From contig JAYTSY010000011.1 in the NCBI GenBank assembly GCA_043745355.1, positions 16,822 to 80,821 on the forward strand: DNA of 64,000 nt. Direction: 5' to 3'. Positions 57,761-64,000 of the stretch are shown one piece after another (the first letter of the stretch is position 1; every line of letters starts with the position of its first letter). A program made the translations under genes and the position numbers. The DNA is from a bacterium (GTDB lineage Bacteria > Patescibacteriota > Minisyncoccia > Phycocordibacterales > CAIZLB01). The notes beneath the pieces were generated by a model. That model saw only the letters and a program-made list of their open reading frames with translations. It made no database searches and was not told the DNA's origin.

Positions 57761-58783
57761 TTACTTACGTAAGATGACTTTAAAGATCGCGGCACGAATG
57801 TGCTTTTCTCCCATGCCATAGTATTCAATGAGTTCGTCTGGTGTTCCTGATTGACCGAAACGATCGTGTACGCCGATGAACTCAATTGGTACAGGACAAC
57901 TCGATGCGAGTGCTTCAGCAACCGCACTTCCAACACCTCCCATTATTTGATGTTCTTCAATGGTGACAACGGCACCGGATTCACGTGCGGTTGCGGCGAT
58001 CGTCGACACATCAAGAGGCTTGATCGTCGCTAGGTTGACGACGATCGCTGCAACGCCCTCATTTTCCAACTCGTGAGCAACTTTCAATGCCTTATAGACG
58101 AGCGCACCACTTGCAATCAATGTCACATCCATTTTGTCTTTAGCCATCTTTGCGAGATCTGCTCGGAAAAATACTTGTGCCTTCCCTATCTCAAACGGAG
58201 TTTCCTCGGTCGTTATGACAGGAGTCTTTTCACGAGCTAATCGAATGTACACCGACGTTTTCACACCGCCCTCATCTGCCGTGAGCGCGGCAGCAATTGT
58301 TGCCTTACGTGCCTCGATTGCATCGCACGGTGAAATAACAGTCATGTGCGGAATGACACGCGTAATTGCAATATCCTCGATCGCTTGGTGCGTCCCTCCA
58401 TCGGGCCCCACAGAAACACCTGCATGCGACCCAGCAATAATAACTTTTCGATCATTGTAACAAATAGTGGTGCGAATCTGCTCCCAATTTCGCCCAGGGC
58501 TAAACATTGCATATGATGTGATGAATGGAATTTTACCCATTGCTGCCATGCCAGATGCGACAGATGCGAGATTCTGCTCTGCGACCCCCATTTCAATAAA
58601 TCTTTTTGGAAACTTTTCCTTGAACAAATTCATTTGTGTCGATTCTGTGAGATCGGCACATAGCCCCACAACATTCTCATTGTGAATACCGGCCGCAAGC
58701 AAACCTTGTCCGAACCCTTTTCGAATCGGCAATTGCTCGACGTCAGCATCAAATATTTTATTGTTTAGTGGTATAGTGTTCAT
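57761..58783 (-). CDS. Transketolase, C-terminal subunit
   Basis: ADLTEST, MGVAEQN, GPDGGTHQAIED, TIKPLD, EEHQ..GG.GSAV. Confidence 0.93.
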   Translation of the reverse strand: MNTIPLNNKIFDADVEQLPIRKGFGQGLLAAGIHNENVVGLCADLTESTQMNLFKEKFPKRFIEMGVAEQNLASVASGMAAMGKIPFITSYAMFSPGRNWEQIRTTICYNDRKVIIAGSHAGVSVGPDGGTHQAIEDIAITRVIPHMTVISPCDAIEARKATIAAALTADEGGVKTSVYIRLAREKTPVITTEETPFEIGKAQVFFRADLAKMAKDKMDVTLIASGALVYKALKVAHELENEGVAAIVVNLATIKPLDVSTIAATARESGAVVTIEEHQIMGGVGSAVAEALASSCPVPIEFIGVHDRFGQSGTPDELIEYYGMGEKHIRAAIFKVILRK

Positions 58784-58944
58784 ATAAATATATTTGAAAC
58801 GATAATAATCATAACGATAGGCATCCACACCCAGAAAAGTTTTTCACCATATTCAATAATAAATGCACTGAGGGGTTTGGGAGCTTCCACATAATGGAGA
58901 GTAAATCCGATAGCATTCATTGTATTTTCTCTGACGGCTTTCAT
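58780..58944 (-). CDS. Small 54-aa membrane protein (below the ORF-track cutoff)
   Basis: MKAVRENTMNAIGFTLHYVEAPKPLSAFIIEYGEKLFWVWMPIVMIIIVSNIFI; starts 1 nt after the tktN stop; ATGA overlap with tktC. Confidence 0.6.
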   Translation of the reverse strand: MKAVRENTMNAIGFTLHYVEAPKPLSAFIIEYGEKLFWVWMPIVMIIIVSNIFI

Positions 58945-58945
58945 A

Positions 58946-59848
58946 TTATTTCAAAGTAGCATGAGCATTAATAGTTTCCGCAATAGCATCCAATTCCTTA
59001 AGTGCCGCCGCTCCTTGCTCCGCCTTCGGCGGAGCACCTTTCACATCTGAAAGGCCTGGCGGCGTGCCGTGCCACTCGAATCTATTTTCCATGAACGAAA
59101 CGCCTTTTCCTGGAATAGTGTGGGCGATGATCATCGTCGGCTTTTGATGATTTGCCTTTGCCGCATCCACCGCACCAACAATCGCTTGCATATCATGTCC
59201 GTCGATCTCAATTACATACCAACCAAACGCCTTCCATTTATCATACAACGGATGTAACGGCATAATATCCTCGGTGAATCCATCAATCTGAATGTTATTG
59301 CGGTCAATGAACGCAATGAGATTGCTCAACTTTTCTTTGCCGGCAAGAAGTCCTGCTTCCCAGATCTGTCCTTCGTCGTGTTCCCCATCAGAAAGCATGG
59401 CATAAAAGAATTTTGAACCGAATTGATCTCCGTTCATACGAGATGCGATCGCCATGCCAACAGCCTGAGAAAGCCCTGAGCCGAGGGGGCCCGAACTCGT
59501 CTCGAGCATTGGTAAAAACTCTCGGTGTGGATGGCCTTGGAGTCGTGAGCCAAACTTGCGGAGTGTTTTCAATTCATCGATAGGAAAATATCCAGCGTGT
59601 GCCATGGCAGCATACATGACAGGGCAAATATGACCATTCGAAAGTACCAATCTGTCACGATCAAGCCAATGAGGATTTTTCGGATCGTGTTTTAAGATAT
59701 GAAAATAGAGTGCAGCAAAGATATCAGACATACCGAGAGGCCCCGCGGTGTGTCCGGATTTTGCCTCAAGAAGCATTTCAATGATCGAACGGCGAATATC
59801 ATTCGCTTTTATTTCAAGATCTATTATCTGTTCGTGTGTCAAAGCCAT
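58946..59848 (-). CDS. Transketolase, N-terminal subunit
   Basis: SGHTAG, DRLVLSNGH, LQGHP, GPLGSG, SDGE..EG..WEA, TIPGKG. Confidence 0.94.
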   Translation of the reverse strand: MALTHEQIIDLEIKANDIRRSIIEMLLEAKSGHTAGPLGMSDIFAALYFHILKHDPKNPHWLDRDRLVLSNGHICPVMYAAMAHAGYFPIDELKTLRKFGSRLQGHPHREFLPMLETSSGPLGSGLSQAVGMAIASRMNGDQFGSKFFYAMLSDGEHDEGQIWEAGLLAGKEKLSNLIAFIDRNNIQIDGFTEDIMPLHPLYDKWKAFGWYVIEIDGHDMQAIVGAVDAAKANHQKPTMIIAHTIPGKGVSFMENRFEWHGTPPGLSDVKGAPPKAEQGAAALKELDAIAETINAHATLK

Positions 59849-59876
59849 CGTGCATTTATTATACACGATTTATCGT

Positions 59877-60293
59877 CTACGCAACGATGGAAGTCTCCAT
59901 TTCTTGCAGTTCCTTAAATGTTTTAGCGGTAGAGCGTGCGAGCCCATCAAATCTTCCGTTCATATCACTATGCATATCACTTACTCTAGTCGCCAAATCA
60001 CCATACATGCGGAAACTATTTTCAGAAAAAATAGTAATCATTGATTCCACCTTGCCAAATCTTTGATCCATTCTGTATTCTAATTTATCAAACCTATCTT
60101 CAAACTTTTGATCCATTTGTTCAAACTTTTGATCAATTTGCTCAAATTTGTGATCCATTTGCTTAAACCTTTCTTCAAATTTTTGATCCATTTGCTTAAA
60201 CCTCTTATCGAAGTTTTGACCCATTTGTTCCATCTTGCCATTGAAATTTCCATTAATTTCTTCAAACTTCTTGTCAAAATATTCTCTATTCAT
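59877..60293 (-). CDS. Repetitive coiled-coil protein
   Basis: F(K/E)Q(M/I)D(Q/H)K units repeated with 7/11-residue periodicity. Confidence 0.7.
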   Translation of the reverse strand: MNREYFDKKFEEINGNFNGKMEQMGQNFDKRFKQMDQKFEERFKQMDHKFEQIDQKFEQMDQKFEDRFDKLEYRMDQRFGKVESMITIFSENSFRMYGDLATRVSDMHSDMNGRFDGLARSTAKTFKELQEMETSIVA

Positions 60294-60340
60294 AGCAGTG
60301 TGTGTTAATTTGATATACAAATTATAATACTTGCAGGAGA

Positions 60341-61048
60341 TTAAAGAAACTTCAAGAAAGCATCAAATTGTTCTATAGTATTTTTGATAGAGTCACCTGT
60401 ATTAAGTGCTGATCCCACGATTACACGGCCTACTCCAACGTTAGAAATTGACTCGATAGTATCGAAATTGACTCCCCCATCAACTGTAATAATGGTCTCG
60501 GGGAATGATTTTTTAAATTCGACGAGAGTGTCGAGGACGCCATTATCAAAAGGCTCGCCTTGATGACCGATTTGTTTGATGCCCATAAATTGAATGAAAT
60601 CAATACGAGATTGATTGCTTGAATAGAAATCACGAATCGTTTCAAAAGGCGTCTCTCTACCGAAGGCGAGACCGGTCTCAATCCCCTTTTCTTTGATTGA
60701 TGCGAGGGTCATCGTGATTTCGGTGGGCGCCGCGCTCTCATAATGAACAACAATGCGCGCGGCGCCCGCCGCTATCCATCTATCTGATTCCGTTTGAGGA
60801 TTCAATGTCATTAAATCAATTTCAAAATCCAATTCCTCCCACGATGGAAATCCTTCTGTCTGATCGATGATCTTCAAAAAATCTTTATCCTGTATTTGTT
60901 TATACGGCCAGCTTTTTGTCTGGACAAATTTGCCGTCCATCACATCTATTTGAACCATCCCTACTACACCTTCAAACCGCTGCATTTGCGAGCACAATTC
61001 TTCGAATGTCTTTGGCATTATTGCCGGTATAACAATTTGTTCGTTCAT
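60341..61048 (-). CDS. rpe: Ribulose-phosphate 3-epimerase
   Basis: QIDVMDGKFV, G.QGEPF, TVDGGVN, VGSAL. Confidence 0.9.
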   Translation of the reverse strand: MNEQIVIPAIMPKTFEELCSQMQRFEGVVGMVQIDVMDGKFVQTKSWPYKQIQDKDFLKIIDQTEGFPSWEELDFEIDLMTLNPQTESDRWIAAGAARIVVHYESAAPTEITMTLASIKEKGIETGLAFGRETPFETIRDFYSSNQSRIDFIQFMGIKQIGHQGEPFDNGVLDTLVEFKKSFPETIITVDGGVNFDTIESISNVGVGRVIVGSALNTGDSIKNTIEQFDAFLKFL

Positions 61049-61051
61049 ATA

Positions 61052-61555
61052 TTAGAAGAGGTTCTTTGTTTGATCAGTAGTTTCGTCAATCTTGTGAATA
61101 CGGCGTACATGTCGCTCATCACCAGAAAAAGCTGTGGCGAGCCATTTCGTGACTGCGTGTGCCGCCTGCTTATCGCTCAAAAATCTTGCTCCCAAAGAAA
61201 GAATATTTGCATTGTTATGTTTACGTGACAGTGTCAAAATCTCTTCAGGTGCCCCATAATAAAGAGCTGCTCGAACTGCTTCGTATTTATTTGCCATAAT
61301 CGCCTCGCCTTGTCCTGATCCGCCGATGACAATACCCCTCACTTCCGGTGCATCTTCAGGAATTGCACCGACTCGCCGTGCAATTTCAGCCTCAGAGACA
61401 TCACGAGCTGCCTTTGCAATATATTGTGGGTAATCATCTCCCTCGACGAGTTCATGCGCGCCACAATCGATAATTTCATGATCGGTCTTCAAATGATCGA
61501 TTAAAAACTTCTTGAGTTCGAATCCTGCGTGGTCCGCGGCAATGAATATCTTCAT
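61052..61555 (-). CDS. rpiB: Ribose-5-phosphate isomerase B
   Basis: ADHAGFELK, DDYP, GGSGQGE, HNNANILSLGAR, RHVRRI. Confidence 0.94.
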   Translation of the reverse strand: MKIFIAADHAGFELKKFLIDHLKTDHEIIDCGAHELVEGDDYPQYIAKAARDVSEAEIARRVGAIPEDAPEVRGIVIGGSGQGEAIMANKYEAVRAALYYGAPEEILTLSRKHNNANILSLGARFLSDKQAAHAVTKWLATAFSGDERHVRRIHKIDETTDQTKNLF

Positions 61556-61557
61556 AG

Positions 61558-62592
61558 CTATTTTAAAAACGTAGCAGCCTTCATAACATGCGCCAAAAGT
61601 GCATGTGTATACCCCATTTCATTGTCGTACCATGCCAATATCTTTACCAAATTTCCATCAACAACTCGAGTGAATTTGAGGTCTGCGATTGACGCGTGAG
61701 GATTGCCGACAATATCTCGCGATACATATTCTTCGTTCGATGCGGTAAACGTTCCCTTCCATCTTGGATCTGCTGCTGCTTTTTCCAAAACCGCATTCAC
61801 CTCTTCCTTTGTAGTAGGTCTCTTTGTAATAAATGTCACATCAACGATAGATCCTGTAATCACAGGCACTCGCATCGATACTCCGTCGAACTTTCCAGCA
61901 AGTTCTGTCATTACTTTGGTAACTGCGATAGCAGCACCGGTCGATGATGGCACTATATTCATCGCCGCAGCGCGGCCTTCGCGCCAATCCTTCTTGTTTG
62001 GAGCATCAACAAGAGCCTGACTTGCGGTGTATCCATGAACAGTGTTCAAGATCGCTTTCTCGATACCGATCGCTTCATCGATAATTGAAATTACAGGACT
62101 TGCGGCGTTGGTCGTACATGATGCATTCGAGCTCATCGAGCACGTCGCGAGTTCCTCTTCATTCAATCCCATAAGAACAGTTACACCTTCAACCGTCGAT
62201 CCTGGTTCATCTTTTGCAGGAGCCGAAAGCACCACTCGTTTTGCTCCTGCCTTTATATGCGCAGACGCCTTTTCATACGATGTAAAGAATCCTGTTGATT
62301 CAATCACAATATCAACTGCATTATCTTTCCATGGAAGCAATGCAGGATCTTTCTCGCTCAAATATTTAACTTCCTTTCCATTAATTATCAAAACTCCCTT
62401 TGCTTTATCTGCTTTGATATCGAGGTCGCTGCGTCCGTACGCGCTGTCGTACTTCATTAAGTATGCGATATTCTCAATATCCGCAAGATCATTGATAGCC
62501 ACCACCTCAAGTGAAGCTTCTTTTGATGCTAATTTGAGAAATGCTCGCCCTATTCGTCCTGCGCCGTTTATCGCTACTCGTGTTGTACTCAT
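61558..62592 (-). CDS. gap: Type I glyceraldehyde-3-phosphate dehydrogenase
   Basis: AINGAGRIGR, SNASCTTN, PSSTGAA, WYDNEMGY. Confidence 0.97.
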   Translation of the reverse strand: MSTTRVAINGAGRIGRAFLKLASKEASLEVVAINDLADIENIAYLMKYDSAYGRSDLDIKADKAKGVLIINGKEVKYLSEKDPALLPWKDNAVDIVIESTGFFTSYEKASAHIKAGAKRVVLSAPAKDEPGSTVEGVTVLMGLNEEELATCSMSSNASCTTNAASPVISIIDEAIGIEKAILNTVHGYTASQALVDAPNKKDWREGRAAAMNIVPSSTGAAIAVTKVMTELAGKFDGVSMRVPVITGSIVDVTFITKRPTTKEEVNAVLEKAAADPRWKGTFTASNEEYVSRDIVGNPHASIADLKFTRVVDGNLVKILAWYDNEMGYTHALLAHVMKAATFLK

Positions 62593-62654
62593 ATATATGT
62601 ATGTCTTATGTTCTGTATAAATTGATTAATGCAATGCCCCTCATTATATATGAG

Positions 62655-64000
62655 CTATTGTGTTCCGCCACTACTTTGTGCCGGAGGTGTTTCTACGCCT
62701 ACAGGTGAAGGTGCTGCTGCCTGTGCAGGAGGAGCAGAAGTCTCTCCGCTCCCGGTAGTAGCTGGTGATAATGTATTCACTCCTTCTGTACCGCCATTGT
62801 TAAGGGGTGTTGTACTTGATCCATTTTCCCCACCACCTATTCCAGTTTCTGTCGACGTGCCGACATTATTTCCTCCGGTCGAGGTTCCTGTGCTAGAACT
62901 TTCACCTGAAGTCCCACCAATGGGTGATCCGTGCGCACCGCCTGCATTTAACAACAATGTCTTCAATTGATCCTTGTCAATACACACGTCATCGACACAC
63001 AATTTTTCAGTATGAATCTCTTTGGCGGTAATTTTGTCTGTGATGAATTCTTTTACCGCAAGTATCTGATCCTTAACAGCGAGAGCTATCCTTGCAAAGA
63101 ATCCACTTACACCATCCGCGGAAATATTGTCTATTTCCCTAAAGCCCGTGTTAACGAACACCATTACCTTTCCGACAGCATCAGAGCTTGATGCGTTGTA
63201 TGAACTAAGGGCCATACCTATGACATTTGTAGAGCTTGTCGCTTTCATGGCTACTCCTGCAACATCCGAGGCTGTCAGGAAATCACCTCTTTTTATGGAA
63301 CCCCCCTTCATATTAACCTTGACCGGTACTCTTCCAGAAAGGGCCACTTTTTTCCATTCTGCACCTGTTTCACCTCCGAGAGTCAAAGCAGCATTGGTTG
63401 AAATGACACCAAGTACTGGTACTCCCACCCTATCAGATTTCTTTATGTATTCATCAGCGGAAGCATCAACATCTATAGTTACTACATCCCCTGATTCCAT
63501 TCCAAGATCACTTGTCTGATATTGTTCCGCTACGTCGAAACCTCCAGAAAGAGTTGATACGAGTGCCTTTATATTGATACTGTAAATATTGTTGAAATAT
63601 GCTGATGCATTATCACCAATATCGCCTGACGGAGTATGTACCATGTAACTATCACCTGTGGCGTTTCCTGAAATAGTATCAGTCAAAGCAAGTAAATAAT
63701 GCGTGCTTCCTCCACCGTCAACGCATGACGTAACTGTAGTAATGCGCGAGTGACGATTGCGGGTAGTGTTGTAGAAAATATCACCAGTCGTAGGTGCTAC
63801 TGTGGAAATATATGTGGCAAGAGCACTGGCATTTGCATTGACAATACAAGTTCCTGAGATAGTTGTATCAACAAGGGTACCGCTTGATTTCAATGTATTG
63901 AGGGCATTAAAATTTCCTCCGATATTTAACCCTCCAGCATCGGTAACTGAAAGAAGTGATGTGCCTGCGCTATTTGTCACATGAAATGCTTTCGTGGCAC
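62655..64000 (-). CDS. C-terminal part of a large surface/fibre protein with an intramolecular-chaperone-like (peptidase G2/S74-type) domain; 5' end beyond the window
   Basis: Frame open to the window edge; DVAEQY..GDVV..GVIS..VALSGRVPVKV..GDFLTAS..AMKA..IGMAL; low-complexity tail. Confidence 0.7.
   Translation of the reverse strand, partial: ATKAFHVTNSAGTSLLSVTDAGGLNIGGNFNALNTLKSSGTLVDTTISGTCIVNANASALATYISTVAPTTGDIFYNTTRNRHSRITTVTSCVDGGGSTHYLLALTDTISGNATGDSYMVHTPSGDIGDNASAYFNNIYSINIKALVSTLSGGFDVAEQYQTSDLGMESGDVVTIDVDASADEYIKKSDRVGVPVLGVISTNAALTLGGETGAEWKKVALSGRVPVKVNMKGGSIKRGDFLTASDVAGVAMKATSSTNVIGMALSSYNASSSDAVGKVMVFVNTGFREIDNISADGVSGFFARIALAVKDQILAVKEFITDKITAKEIHTEKLCVDDVCIDKDQLKTLLLNAGGAHGSPIGGTSGESSSTGTSTGGNNVGTSTETGIGGGENGSSTTPLNNGGTEGVNTLSPATTGSGETSAPPAQAAAPSPVGVETPPAQSSGGTQ

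Noticed and set aside
1997-62620. Many 60-220 aa ORFs antisense to core genes (e.g. 1997-2662, 18269-18871, 46033-46680, 62042-62620)
   Set aside because: They are shadow frames of well-supported housekeeping genes and have no motifs of their own.
1-64000. Additional remote VRs for the DGR
   Set aside because: No second match to the TR was noticed by eye. An alignment search of the window and the genome is needed to exclude one.

Overview
Core-genome segment of a small-genome bacterium, very likely Patescibacteria/CPR (Parcubacteria-like). The inference rests on compact housekeeping genes, short SMC/PheS/PheT, a NusB-Nudix fusion, -10 boxes lying just upstream of start codons, and many CPR-type surface proteins. 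It carries rpoB-rpoC-dnaG-rpoD, rpsP-khpA-trmD, rnr, smc, rnc, nusB, rpmF, rnhB, dnaE, thrS, gyrB, pheST, tRNA-Thr, rpsB-tsf, prfA, rpmE, rplY, a gap/pentose-phosphate cluster, two type II TA modules, a sortase with its probable substrate, and a pilin. Two loci stand out. (1) At 13460-13776, between rpsP and rnr, is an unannotated RNA module. A 69-nt tRNA/tmRNA-TLD-like RNA has an Ala-type G3:U70 acceptor stem and is followed by a perfect 31-bp hairpin. A separately promoted and terminated ~52-nt sRNA upstream has a 22-nt 5' segment complementary to the mimic's anticodon-like arm. (2) At 22183-24788 is a complete diversity-generating retroelement. All 18 TR/VR mismatches fall at TR adenines, avd lies antisense between TR and RT, a C10 tract currently puts avd out of frame with its ATG, and the RT stop overlaps rnhB. 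All calls come from manual reading; no database searches were run.
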